From: an uncultured bacterium
Lineage (GTDB): Bacteria; Eisenbacteria; RBG-16-71-46; CAIMUX01; WJJG01
NCBI GenBank assembly: GCA_964506245.1
Contig: CAZDKK010000002.1
Coordinates: 73,982 to 137,981, forward strand
Reading direction: 5' to 3'
DNA length: 64,000 nucleotides
The notes beneath the pieces were generated by a model, which was given only the letters and a program-made list of their open reading frames with translations, was not told the DNA's origin and did not search any database. Made by a program: the position numbers and the translations under genes. Of the stretch, positions 9,912 to 19,738 are shown piece by piece (the first letter of the stretch is position 1; every line of letters starts with the position of its first letter).

Positions 9912-10140
9912 CGCTTTCCCCTTCGTATGCGTCTGCACATCGCCCTCCGGTTGGAACGGTGTCCACGCCCCCGAGGCCCTATGGTTGGCTTCGCGTTCCA
10001 CCATCGCTTGGTCTTGAAGCCATGACGCTCGTCTTTGATTACAGGCTTGACCGCGTTGATTGTACGAGCCAGGCTAGTGTCGTCGCAACGCTGCTGTCCG
10101 TGCTGGGGAATCCCGTGACCCGTGGCCGAGGAGAGATGCC

Positions 10141-12730
10141 ATGATGCCGTTGGGACATTGCCGCCGTACTGGATCTTCACGCGCACGGAAACGTCTGTGT
10201 AACTGGGGGGGGGTGTAAGGGCTTAGCTCTCCTGATCCTTCTGACCGCATGTGTCGGGGTGGGCGTAGGGGTCGCCGGGGCCCAGACGATCTGTGTCCGT
10301 GAGAGCGGCCGTGAGGCTTGCCTGGTCCATACGACCGATCCACTAACGGGAGCCCACGCCTGGGCGATCTGGACGGACAACTTCCGGCAGTACTTGGTGC
10401 TCGAGCCCGACCCCCCCGGGATCTACCGGTTCAAGTTGACCTCGTTCGAGCGCATGGTGGGAGATTCGGCGCGCGGCTGGTGCCAGGGTGGCCCCTTTGC
10501 AGGGGAGTACGAGCTGCAGTATGGATGGGCGGCCGGTTCGATGACGCTGGTGCTCGATGGACCGAACTGGGAGGATAGTCTGGCGTTCGTGGATGCCGCG
10601 ATCGGGCAGGGCGAGCAGGACGGGATCGCGTACGTGCAGCTCGCGCCACGCTTCCGCCACATCTCTCAGCCTCTGGAGATCCGGCTCTTCTACCGTGCAT
10701 ACCTGGACGGCTACCTGGAGCGCTGGGCCCGGGTGACGAACACGGCCGCGAGCGACACGACCCTCTATATCGACCATCTGGCGTCCGCTCGTCGGCAGCT
10801 TTCCCCGGCAGGATGGCTGCCTGGCGGAGACTCGCGGTGGGAGGTGGAGTATATCGTACCCGGCCACACCGCCTGGTTGGACAGCCTTGACGTGCCGGAA
10901 TACCCCTACTACCGGGTGCTGCGGAGCTGGCCGCAATCGCCTGCTCCGTATGCTTCCCTCGCCTGGTGCGCCGTGCGGTACGATAGCCGCTGCGACAAGG
11001 ACTGGTGCCGGCAGGAGGGGTTCATCAACGGTCTGGTGCAGGCCTCCGGGGCACAGGAGTGGCCGAACTTGACCCAGCTGGCGAGGCCCCAGTCTGGGGT
11101 CGGATTGGATCTCAAGACCTACAACGTTGAGCGGACGCAATCGACTGATCTCGATCGGGAGGAGGAAGAGGAAGACCGAGCGGAGATACTGCCCCAAGTC
11201 GTCCCGCCCGGACAGTCGGCGGAGGGCAGCCACGTCTACTTCATGTTCACCAACGGCACCATCGATGACGCAACACTGAAGACGCACCGGTTCATGCGGA
11301 ACCACTATGCCCCGGCGGCCCCATTCCCCGCCGACAGCATGCCACGGGTGCAGTTCCTGACCTACTTCTGGAACGACTGGGGCTTCACGTACGCTACCCT
11401 GTCGCAACAGGCTGACGTGTGTGAGGGTCTCGGCGTCGAGCTGTTCGTGATCGATGCCAACTGGTGGCCCTACTCCCTCTACAACCCACCGCCGACCACC
11501 GACTTCAACTGCTACAGGAGAGGGAACGGGTACTGGGTCTCCGACGCCTGCCGCTTTCCGGAGCCCGATTCGACGCTGCCCGACTTCATGGACGAACTGG
11601 AACATCGAGGAATGGACGCCGGCCTGTGGGTCTACCCCTGCAGCGTGGATTCCGTACTCCTCTCAGTCGATAGCCTCGCGTGTTGGAGCGAGGATCCGCC
11701 TGTGGGATCACCCTGCTTCTGTGACTCCGCGGGCACATTGGTGTGCTCTCCTTGGCACTCCATTTGGTACACGGCCTATGGTCACGGTGATTGGTGGGAA
11801 AACTGCCTCGCCACCTCTCAGTGCCCGACCACGACCGGGCAGAGTCTCGGCGAACTCTGCTGCGCCCACGCTCCGGCCCGGGAGTGGATGAAGGGCCAGC
11901 TCCGGCGGCTTCTGGAAGAGGACTGCTACGGAGCCCGCTACCTGAAGTTCGACGGGGGGATCCATCCCTGTATCTCGACCAGTCACGGCCACCGCATGGC
12001 GCTTGAGCCGGGCGATTCCCTCCGGGTCCAGTCCACCCTGCTCGGCTACTACCAGATGCTGGAGGAACTGCGCCAGGAGTTCCCGGAGGTGACCTTCGAG
12101 TCGAGCTGGCCCGTGGGCCACGTGGCCAGCGGGGAGGATGCGGACCCCGCTGAGATGCTGCCCCGGATGTCGCGCTACTCCATGGAGTCGCTGCGCTGTG
12201 CCTTTCCGCCCCGGTACACAGGCTGCTTCCTCTATCGGGAGCCGGACGTCACGGGCTTGGATCAATCCGAGCGACTCGCGGTGCGCCGGCACTACGCCCG
12301 CACACCCATGCTGGGTCCGTACACGATCAGCAGCGACGTGACCATCTGGTCCGTCGAGTTCCGGGCGGTCGTGGCGGAGGCGATCGACTACTACCAGGCC
12401 AACCGCCGCTTCCTGCAGGGCGAGGTCTACAACATCCTGACGCAGCGGAGCCTCTGCAACAGCTCCCTGGCAAGCTGCCCGGATAGCTGGGATGCGGTGG
12501 AGTTCGTGGATCCCGATGTTGGAGACGCGCGGGTGTTCGTTTTCCGCAACGAGGCGGACGAAGATACCCAGACCATCATCCTCCAGGGGCTCGTGCCGGC
12601 CCAGCAGTACTCGGTCACGGGCGTTGACCAGGGGGACTATGGAACCTACACGGGCACGTCCCTGATGACGACCGGCATCGAGGTGAAGCTGGAGCACGAG
12701 ACCAGCTCGGAGATCCTGGAGATCGAGTGA
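10141..12730 (+). CDS. GH36-like glycoside hydrolase (alpha-galactosidase family), probable lipoprotein. The reading frame is broken in a G9 homopolymer (10205-10213). The ORF track starts it at GTG 10259.
   Basis: ELFVIDANWW and YLKFDGG motifs resemble GH36 'ELFVIDDGW' / 'KxD'. ATG 10141 has a GAGGAGAG RBS and encodes MMPLGHCRRTGSSRARKRLCNWGG. Only a -1 (or +2) change in the G-run joins it to CKGLALLILLTAC(lipobox)VGVGVAGAQT... of the main frame. Confidence 0.55.
10205..10213. repeat. Poly-G (G9) homopolymeric tract at the signal-peptide/coding junction of the GH36-like gene
   Basis: aactgggggggggtgtaagg. One-G contraction would restore the full lipoprotein ORF from ATG 10141. Confidence 0.7.
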
Positions 12731-12818
12731 CAGCGGCGGCCCCGTTCTGCGCGGTGCTGGGACTGCCGCCGGACCGCGCTCTCAGAGCCGGAGCCGCGCG
12801 ATCAGGCCGAAGGCGTCC

Positions 12819-13457
12819 CTACGTCCGCACCCGCGCCGGGTTCCCGACCGCCGTCACCCCCGGCGCGATCGCCTCGACCACCACCGCCCCCGCGCCCACC
12901 ACGGCGTCGTCCCCGATGGCGATGCCGGGGATCACCGCAACCCCGGTGCCCAGGAACGCGCGCGTCCCGATCGTGACGTTGCCCGCGAGGTGGCACCCGG
13001 GCGAGATCTGCGCGAAGTCCTTGATCAGCCCATCGTGGTCGACGGTGCAGGCCGTGTTCAGGATGACCCCGTGGCCGACGCGGACCTCGGTGCTCAGGAT
13101 CACGCCCGGCCCGATGAAGACCCCGCTGCCGAAGGTGGCGGTCGCGCTAAGGACAGAGTGCGGGTGAACCACGCTCACCGCCGGGCCCCCGGTCAGCGCG
13201 GCCACCCGGCGGGCCAGCTCCTCCCGCTGGCGATTGTCGCCCACCGCGATGAACCAGGCCGTCTCGCGCGCCCGCAGCTCGGCGCACTCCTCCGGCTCGC
13301 GCGCCAGCACGGGGATGCCGTTGATACACTGGCCCGGTTCGATCGCCCGGTCGATGAACCCGATCGGCCGGAAACCCGCGCAGCGCGCGCAGTCGAGGAC
13401 GACGCGGCCGTGACCCGAGGCCCCCACGATGATCAGCTCCGCCAGCCGTGTCGCCAT
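12819..13457 (-). CDS. NeuD/PglD-family sugar O-/N-acetyltransferase (left-handed beta-helix, hexapeptide repeats)
   Basis: N-terminal Rossmann-like LIIVGASGHGRVV. C-terminal hexapeptide repeats (IGTRAFLGTGVAVIPGIAIGDDAVVGAGAVV). ATG 13457 is 4 bp after the upstream gene's stop. Confidence 0.85.
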   Translation of the reverse strand: MATRLAELIIVGASGHGRVVLDCARCAGFRPIGFIDRAIEPGQCINGIPVLAREPEECAELRARETAWFIAVGDNRQREELARRVAALTGGPAVSVVHPHSVLSATATFGSGVFIGPGVILSTEVRVGHGVILNTACTVDHDGLIKDFAQISPGCHLAGNVTIGTRAFLGTGVAVIPGIAIGDDAVVGAGAVVVEAIAPGVTAVGNPARVRT

Positions 13458-13461
13458 GGGC

Positions 13462-14103
13462 TCACCCTCCCCTGCTCTCTCCGCCACTCGCGTGCCGCTC
13501 CGGGTTGCCGCGGAACCTCTCCATGGTGGCGCATCCCGGCTGCGCGATACCCCGGCGCTGGAACACCTGCCCGACGGTCAGCATCAGGATCCACACATCC
13601 AGCCAGAAGCTGCGATGATCCACGTACCACGTGTCGAGCGCGAACTTCTCCTCCCACGAAAGCGCGTTGCGACCCTTGACCTGCGCCCATCCCGTGATGC
13701 CCGGCGGGACCTCGTGCCGGCGCGCCTGCTCGGGCGTGTAGAGCGGTAGATACTCGACCAGCAGCGGCCGCGGGCCCACGAGGCTGAGGTCGCCGCGCAG
13801 CACGTTCCAGAGCTGCGGCAGCTCATCCAGGCTGAGCGAGCGGATGATCCGCCCGGTGCGGGTCAGCCGCTCCTCGTCGGGCAGGAGCTGCCCGTGCACA
13901 TCGCGGGCGGCGGTCATCGTGCGGAATTTGTACACGGTGAAGAGCCGCCCACCGCGACCGGGGCGCTGCTGGTGGAACAACACGGGTCGGCCCATCGTCA
14001 CCCGCACGGCCAGGGCGGTCACCCCCAGCAGCGGCGCGGTCACGACCAGCGCGATGGCGCCGGCCACCAGGTCGAGTGCGCGTTTGGCGATCGGCTGGCT
14101 CAT
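13462..14103 (-). CDS. PglC/WbaP-type small phosphoglycosyl (undecaprenyl-phosphate sugar) transferase
   Basis: MSQPIAKRALDLVAGAIALVVTAPLL (TM) ... KFRTM ... DELPQLWNVLRGDLSLVGPRP = bacterial sugar transferase signature. ATGA overlap with the GT4 stop at 14100-14103. The upstream part of track ORF 13462..14667 is an artefact. Confidence 0.85.
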   Translation of the reverse strand: MSQPIAKRALDLVAGAIALVVTAPLLGVTALAVRVTMGRPVLFHQQRPGRGGRLFTVYKFRTMTAARDVHGQLLPDEERLTRTGRIIRSLSLDELPQLWNVLRGDLSLVGPRPLLVEYLPLYTPEQARRHEVPPGITGWAQVKGRNALSWEEKFALDTWYVDHRSFWLDVWILMLTVGQVFQRRGIAQPGCATMERFRGNPERHASGGESRGG

Positions 14104-15338
14104 CGCGCCACCAGAGACTCCATCAGCTCGAGATACTGTTTGGCTCGCGACTCGCGCGAGGCGTGGGTGCGCACCCAGGCGAGGCCGTTGGCACCCATTC
14201 GCCGGCACTCGTCCCGGTGATCGGCGAGATGAATGATGGCATCGGCAAGGGCGCGCGGGTTCTCGGGCGGCGCGAAGAGGCCGGCCTGCGCCTGCTCGCA
14301 AACCAGCTCGCGCGCCACGCCGTCGATCGCCAGGAGCGTCGGACGCTCGCAGGCCATGTAGTCGAAGACCTTGTTCGGGTAGACGGTGCGGAAGGTGAGA
14401 TTGTCCTGCAGCACCGCTGCGCCCGCGTCGCAGGCTTGCACGAACGCGGGCATGCACTCCTTCGGTTGGGGTCCCAGGAACTGGATGTTGGCCAGGCCGC
14501 GCCCGCGCGCCAGGGCGGCCAGCCCTGCCCGTTCGGGGCCGTCGCCCACGCAGGCGATCAGGATCTCGGCACGCGACCTGAGCAGCTCGGCCGCCTCGAT
14601 GAGCTGACCGACGGCGTTGGCGCGCCCGTGGGCGCCGCAGTACATGACGACGAAGCGATCGCTCCAATCATGCTCCGCCCGGACGTGGTTCTCGCGCGGC
14701 CCCGGCTGGAAGAGGCGCAGGTCGGCGCCGTTGGGGATGACCGCGATCTTCGCCGGAGGCGCGAGATGCCGGTCGAGGATGTTCTGCTTGAACGCCGGCG
14801 TGAGCGCGGTGATCGCATCGCTGCGCCGGTAGGCCCAGCGCTCGAGCCGGTAGAGCAGGCGCGCGAGCAGGCTGCCGGCGCGCAGGACCCCCGTCGTGAC
14901 CGCGCTCTCGGGCCACAGGTCGCGCACCTCGGCGATCCACGGGGCGCGCCGGCCCGGGAGCCTCGCGGCCAGCCAGCCGGGGACGAAGGCCGTGAGCGGC
15001 GGCGAGGTCGCGAGGACGACGTCGCTGCGCTGCGTGCGGAGCACGGCGGTGGTGCTCGAGAGCGTGAACGCGAGAAATGCCCACATGCGTCCCGCGTACC
15101 CGCGGCTGTAGGAGGAGGGCACGTGGCAGCGCCAGACGGTGACCTCTCCGTCGCGCTCACGGACCACCCAGCGGCGGCGATAGGCTGCGGGGGTCTCGCC
15201 CGATGTGTAGTTCAGTGTGCCGGCGATCACCGTCACGTCGTGTCCACCCTCGGCCCAGATGCGCGCCATCTCGTTGAAGCGCGACCCGCCCGGCATGCCG
15301 GGCACGAGGTAGTGCTGGTGGATGACGAGAATGCGCAT
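14100..15338 (-). CDS. Glycosyltransferase family 4 (WbuB-like)
   Basis: GT-B fold GT4 signatures (MRILVIHQHY..., EVRDLWPES, ...NKVFDYMACERP). 412 aa. Confidence 0.9.
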   Translation of the reverse strand: MRILVIHQHYLVPGMPGGSRFNEMARIWAEGGHDVTVIAGTLNYTSGETPAAYRRRWVVRERDGEVTVWRCHVPSSYSRGYAGRMWAFLAFTLSSTTAVLRTQRSDVVLATSPPLTAFVPGWLAARLPGRRAPWIAEVRDLWPESAVTTGVLRAGSLLARLLYRLERWAYRRSDAITALTPAFKQNILDRHLAPPAKIAVIPNGADLRLFQPGPRENHVRAEHDWSDRFVVMYCGAHGRANAVGQLIEAAELLRSRAEILIACVGDGPERAGLAALARGRGLANIQFLGPQPKECMPAFVQACDAGAAVLQDNLTFRTVYPNKVFDYMACERPTLLAIDGVARELVCEQAQAGLFAPPENPRALADAIIHLADHRDECRRMGANGLAWVRTHASRESRAKQYLELMESLVAR

Positions 15339-15345
15339 CTTCGAG

Positions 15346-17496
15346 CTATCCGCCGCCGGCCGGCCCCGCGGCCGACCCCACGGCCGGCCCCGCGGCCGGT
15401 CCGGATTCCCACTCCCGCGCGAGGCGCTTGGCGTCCTGCGGGCGCAGCGGGAGCAGCGCCCGGACGGCGTCCGCCGGCCCGATCAGCGTGACGAAGCGCG
15501 CCTGCTGGCCCCGCGCAACCAGCTCATACGACCAGGCCGGCACGCGCTCGCCATAGTAGGGTGCCCACCAGCCCCGGGGAACCTGTTCATTGCCGCGCTC
15601 CCAGTTGCCGGCGGGATCGCCCACGGCCCGGCATTCGAGGCGCAGCGGCCCGGCGGGCCCTGGGAGGAGCGTCGCGCCGTGATCGTCCCGCTCCGGCACT
15701 TCGTCCGCCACGAGCCAGTGGAGCCGAAACGTGTGCTCCTCCCCGCCCCCGGCGAGGTCATCGATCACCAGCCAGAGGTCGTCCCGGACGATCACGCAGC
15801 GCGTGTGACGCACCGGGCGATAGCCGTCGTGGTGGCCACGAAAGACCGCCCCCCGCGGTGTGACGCGATGCTCGTCGAGATGCCCGGCCACCCAGTCGTG
15901 CCAGAGGAAACGCTCGCCGCGGCGCATCTGATCGCGGCCGTCCACGGTCACGCTGTTGTGACTGCCCGTCCCGGTGAAGTGCTCCATCCAGGCGCGCCCG
16001 GCGTTGTACAAGTAGGTCCCCGCATCGACCAGGATGTTCCGCCCCTGGAACCAGACATCCAGATGGAGCATGTCGGCCTGGTGCGGGCGGTGCTCGTACG
16101 CCCCGCAACGGATGATGGCGTGCGTGTTGCGTCCATCGAGTCGGTAGTAGCCGCCCTCGCGGAAGGCGACCGGAGCGTTCTCGCCCTCCATGAGTCCCGG
16201 GGCCACGTCCTTCTCAACAGCCACCGGCCCCCCGACCGGACCGCGGGCCCGCACCGGCGGCGCGTTCAGCCAAGCGGCCGCCTCCTCCCACGGCCCCGGG
16301 CCGTAGAGCGGTCCCTCGCCGAGGAGCGCGGCCAGGGCATGGAGCGCCGGGCGGTAGTCCGCGTACGCGCAGGAGGCCAGCGGCAGCAGGAGCGTGCCGT
16401 CGTTCGGCCCGTAGCTGGGCAGCGCCCCTGATGCGCGGTCCTGCAATCCGACGAGGAAGTGCACGAGCCGCCGCGCCGCAGCGACCAGCTCCTCGGGCGG
16501 CTCGACCTCTGCGGTGGCGCACAGCGCCAGAACCCAGGCGTACAACTGCGCGACCAGCCGCGCGTAGTTCGACGAATGCTGCACGTAAGAGCCGTCGGCG
16601 TAGACCTGCCACGCCTCTCGCCCCAGCGACTCCCGGCCGGCACGGCGCCACCGGGCGCTGTCGGGGAGGAACGGGAACTGCACGCCGATGGTGAAGAGCG
16701 CCGTGGCCTCGCTGATGGCATGGTTGTTGCGCAGGCTGTGGACCGCGAACCCGTGAACGGCTTCGATGTGCCGAGCGTGATCGTGGATCGACTCGATCAG
16801 CCGGCTCAGGCGCGCATTCGTCGCGACCGGGGTGTTCAGGAACGCGTGCAGGCCGAACATCCAGGCCAGCAGGCGCAGGCTCACCTCCTGGCCGCAGCGC
16901 CAGTGAGGCCCGGTCTCGGGGGGATTGGCCGCGATCCAGTCCTCGGCCTGGACGAAGAACGCCTCGGGGTAGCGGGCGTCGTCTGTCAGGGCGAAGGCTC
17001 GCGCGAGCAGATAGGTCTGACCGAAGCGCGCGATCTCCCAGATCGCCTTGATGTCGCCGCGCTCCGCGGAGAGCTCGTCGATCTTCATCCAGTGCACGTC
17101 CGCGGGCCAGCGCGTCCCCGTCAGCGGTGACCTGAACCAGTCGGGCGGATGGCCCACATCCCAGGCCCGGTGCGCGAAGAGCACCAGGCGGCCGCGCAGG
17201 ACGTCGTCCGCCCGCGCGACCACATCGTCCGGATCGTCGATGCGATCCCGCAGGGTTCGCGGGTCACCGGGAACGAAGAAACGGCGGGCGCTCGTGTGCA
17301 GGTGGCCGCGCAGCGATTCCCGGGTGCTGTCCCACTCCCACCCGGCGCCGCTGCGCCCGGGCGTCCCCGGCGCGGGCCGCGCGGGCAGCCGGCGGGCGAT
17401 GCGCCCGCTGCGCAGCGCGAGTTCCCATGCGCCCCGGTGGGTCACCCAGCCCGGGCCATACTCGCGCAGGAGTGCCAGCGAATCCGCCCAGCGCAA
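15346..17496 (-). CDS. Heparinase II/III-family (alginate-lyase-like) protein. The start is uncertain: there is no in-frame ATG before residue 249 of the track ORF. TTG 17496 with a GGGGGA RBS is proposed; GTG 17445 is an alternative.
   Basis: Family-typical N-terminal region (RLVLFAHRAWDVGHPPDWFRSPLTGTRWP) and a central/C-terminal Hepar_II_III-like region. The frame upstream of 17513 is the terminal part of the oxidoreductase gene in another frame. Confidence 0.7.
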   Translation of the reverse strand: MRWADSLALLREYGPGWVTHRGAWELALRSGRIARRLPARPAPGTPGRSGAGWEWDSTRESLRGHLHTSARRFFVPGDPRTLRDRIDDPDDVVARADDVLRGRLVLFAHRAWDVGHPPDWFRSPLTGTRWPADVHWMKIDELSAERGDIKAIWEIARFGQTYLLARAFALTDDARYPEAFFVQAEDWIAANPPETGPHWRCGQEVSLRLLAWMFGLHAFLNTPVATNARLSRLIESIHDHARHIEAVHGFAVHSLRNNHAISEATALFTIGVQFPFLPDSARWRRAGRESLGREAWQVYADGSYVQHSSNYARLVAQLYAWVLALCATAEVEPPEELVAAARRLVHFLVGLQDRASGALPSYGPNDGTLLLPLASCAYADYRPALHALAALLGEGPLYGPGPWEEAAAWLNAPPVRARGPVGGPVAVEKDVAPGLMEGENAPVAFREGGYYRLDGRNTHAIIRCGAYEHRPHQADMLHLDVWFQGRNILVDAGTYLYNAGRAWMEHFTGTGSHNSVTVDGRDQMRRGERFLWHDWVAGHLDEHRVTPRGAVFRGHHDGYRPVRHTRCVIVRDDLWLVIDDLAGGGEEHTFRLHWLVADEVPERDDHGATLLPGPAGPLRLECRAVGDPAGNWERGNEQVPRGWWAPYYGERVPAWSYELVARGQQARFVTLIGPADAVRALLPLRPQDAKRLAREWESGPAAGPAVGSAAGPAGGG

Positions 17497-17512
17497 GGCT
17501 GCGGTTCCCCCA

Positions 17513-19729
17513 TCAACGCGCCAGCTCGATGCGTCCGGCGCCCTCGGCCGCCGCGACCGCGGCGAAGGAAGCGAGGGTGACGTTCTCGATCTCCGCGAAC
17601 GGGATGAGCGGATCGCCCCCGGACTGGATCCGCGCGACGAAGGCGCGGAGCTGCTCGCGGTGCCCCTTGCGGGGCCGCAGCAGGCGCGCTGGGCGCAGGC
17701 CGACCCAGCCGCGCCCCGCCAGCTTGCGGAAGTTCTCCAGGCGCAGCACGCGGCCGTCGCTGAAGACCTCGATCGTCTCCTTGGGATAGGCCCGGTGGCC
17801 GTTGGCGAAATAGAGCAGCGTGCCGATCGAGCCATCGGCGAAGGAGAGCGTGACCGCCATCTTGTCGTCGCGCACCTCGGCCCCCGCGACGGGACCGACC
17901 ATCGCCGCTTGTACAGAGACGATCGGGGAACCCGCCAGGAAACGCAGGAGGTCGATCCAGTGACAGCCCTCGCCGATCATCCGTCCGCCGCCGGCGCGGC
18001 GGTTCTGGGGCCATGCGTCGGCCGGCAGCGCCCCGGCATTGACGAGGGCGCTGAGGCACAGCGGCCCCGCGCGCCCGCGCAGCAGGGCCTGGGCACGCGC
18101 CGTCAGGGGCGCGAAGCGGCGGTTGAAGCCGACGTGCAGCATGACGTCGCCTGCCACCTCACGGGCGTGACGGATCTCTTCCAGCTCGTCCTCGGTGAGG
18201 CACAGGGGCTTCTCGACCCACACGTGCTTGCCCGCGCGCAGGGCGGCCGCGGCCAGCGCGGCGTGCGAATCGTGACGCGTGGCGATGATGACCGCGTTGA
18301 TCTCGGGGTCATCCAGGATGTCCTGCGGGTCGCCCGTCGCCCGGGCGAAGCCGAATCGGCGGGCCATGTCCACCGCGGCGACGCCATCCCGCGACGCGAC
18401 GGCGCCCAGCCGGGCCCTGAGCCGCTTCATGGCCGGCCCCAGCGTGCGCTTCGCGAAGTTGCCCGCGCCGATGAGGCCGAGCACCACCTCGCGCTCGGCC
18501 CGCACGCGGCCTGCCGCCGCGCGGGGGATCTCGCACTCGCCCAGGGCCACGCGGACGGGGGTGCGGGCCGGGGCGACGGGCGGGGCTTGCCCCGGGGTCC
18601 CTCGCGGTCCCTCGAGGGCAGGCTCCTCCGGATACGTGAGCAGGGTTGCCAGCGGGGCGTGTCCCGACGTCAGCTCCGTGTACGCGCGCTGGGCTTCGGC
18701 CACGGGAACGCGATTCGCGATCAGCGCGCGCGGGTCGAGCTGCCCGGCGGCGAGGCATTCCAGCACCGCGCGGAGGTTGCGCTGCTCCGTCCAGCGCACG
18801 AGGCCGTAGGGATAGTCCTGCCCGCTCTCGTAGCCTTCGTCGTGACGCCCTGGCCCGTAGGAGCAGGAGACCTGGAACGTGATCTCCTTCTCGTAGAAGT
18901 CGGCGCGGTTCAAGTCGAGGTCGACGACGCCCACGAGGACGATGCGCCCCCGCTGCCGGCACATGCGCGCCGACTGGTGGACGATGCGGTCCTTCTCCGC
19001 CGCCGCGGCGATGAGAACGCCGTCGACACCGTGACCGTGCGTCAGCGCCAGGGCTCGGTCGACCGGATCTGCGCCCGCCGAGAGGTCGACCGCCTCCGCG
19101 CCGTACCCCGCCGCCAGCTCGCAGCGTTCGCGCACGGGATCGATCCCGATGACCCGGCAGCCCGATGCGCGCAGGAGTTGCACGGCGAGCAGGCCGATCA
19201 GCCCCAGGCCCGTCACCGCCGCGGTCTCGCCCAGCGCGGGGCCGAGCAACCGGATGCCCTGCAGTCCGATCGCCCCCAGCACGGTGAAGGCCGCCTGCTC
19301 GTCGGAGACCCCGTCCGGGATCCGCGCGCACAGGTTCTGCGGAACGCAGACGATTTCGGCATGCGGCCCGTTGCTGACGATGCGGTCCCCCGGCGCCAGG
19401 TCGCGCACACCCTCGCCCACGGCGATCACCGTGCCGACGTTGCTGTACCCCAGGGGCAGCGGGTCGTCCAGCCGGGATTGGACCGCCGCGTACGCGGCCA
19501 GCCACCCTTCGCTGCGCGCCTTGTCGAGCACCTGCTGCACGCGCTCGGGCTGCTTGAGCGCCTTGCCGATCAGACTGCTGCGGGCGAAACCGACCAGCAT
19601 CCGCTCGGTGCCGGGCGAGATCAGGCTCAGGCGCGTGCGCGCCAGCACGCAGCCGGGCCGCACCGAGGGCGGCGGCACTTCGGCCACGACGAGGTCCCCG
19701 CTTCTCAGATCTTGCAGGAGCTGCTGCAT
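17513..19729 (-). CDS. Bi-domain oxidoreductase: N-terminal Zn-dependent alcohol dehydrogenase (MDR) fused to C-terminal Gfo/Idh/MocA NAD(P)-binding oxidoreductase
   Basis: MDR domain (GxGxxG LGLIGLLAVQL). Second Rossmann domain (VVLGLIGAGNFAKRTLGP ... EKPL). 738 aa. This is the conserved partner of heparinase II/III + GT4 cassettes in polysaccharide loci. Confidence 0.85.
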   Translation of the reverse strand: MQQLLQDLRSGDLVVAEVPPPSVRPGCVLARTRLSLISPGTERMLVGFARSSLIGKALKQPERVQQVLDKARSEGWLAAYAAVQSRLDDPLPLGYSNVGTVIAVGEGVRDLAPGDRIVSNGPHAEIVCVPQNLCARIPDGVSDEQAAFTVLGAIGLQGIRLLGPALGETAAVTGLGLIGLLAVQLLRASGCRVIGIDPVRERCELAAGYGAEAVDLSAGADPVDRALALTHGHGVDGVLIAAAAEKDRIVHQSARMCRQRGRIVLVGVVDLDLNRADFYEKEITFQVSCSYGPGRHDEGYESGQDYPYGLVRWTEQRNLRAVLECLAAGQLDPRALIANRVPVAEAQRAYTELTSGHAPLATLLTYPEEPALEGPRGTPGQAPPVAPARTPVRVALGECEIPRAAAGRVRAEREVVLGLIGAGNFAKRTLGPAMKRLRARLGAVASRDGVAAVDMARRFGFARATGDPQDILDDPEINAVIIATRHDSHAALAAAALRAGKHVWVEKPLCLTEDELEEIRHAREVAGDVMLHVGFNRRFAPLTARAQALLRGRAGPLCLSALVNAGALPADAWPQNRRAGGGRMIGEGCHWIDLLRFLAGSPIVSVQAAMVGPVAGAEVRDDKMAVTLSFADGSIGTLLYFANGHRAYPKETIEVFSDGRVLRLENFRKLAGRGWVGLRPARLLRPRKGHREQLRAFVARIQSGGDPLIPFAEIENVTLASFAAVAAAEGAGRIELAR

Positions 19730-19738
19730 GGGTTCATC

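Noticed and set aside
12731-12818. Bidirectional terminator between convergent GH36-like and NeuD-like genes (CGGCGGC ... GCCGCCG, 12734-12771)
   Set aside because: The 7-bp stem has a 24-nt loop and no flanking T/A tracts; too weak to call a feature.
13462-14667. Extended N-termini in track ORFs 13462..14667, 15346..17835, 19739..21184, 23865..25181, 25484..26398, 28534..30432, 31471..32835 and 32225..33541
   Set aside because: The upstream extensions run through the neighbouring gene in another frame and lack domain content. Internal starts with RBS, signal peptides or translational-coupling overlaps (ATGA/GTGA) were chosen instead.
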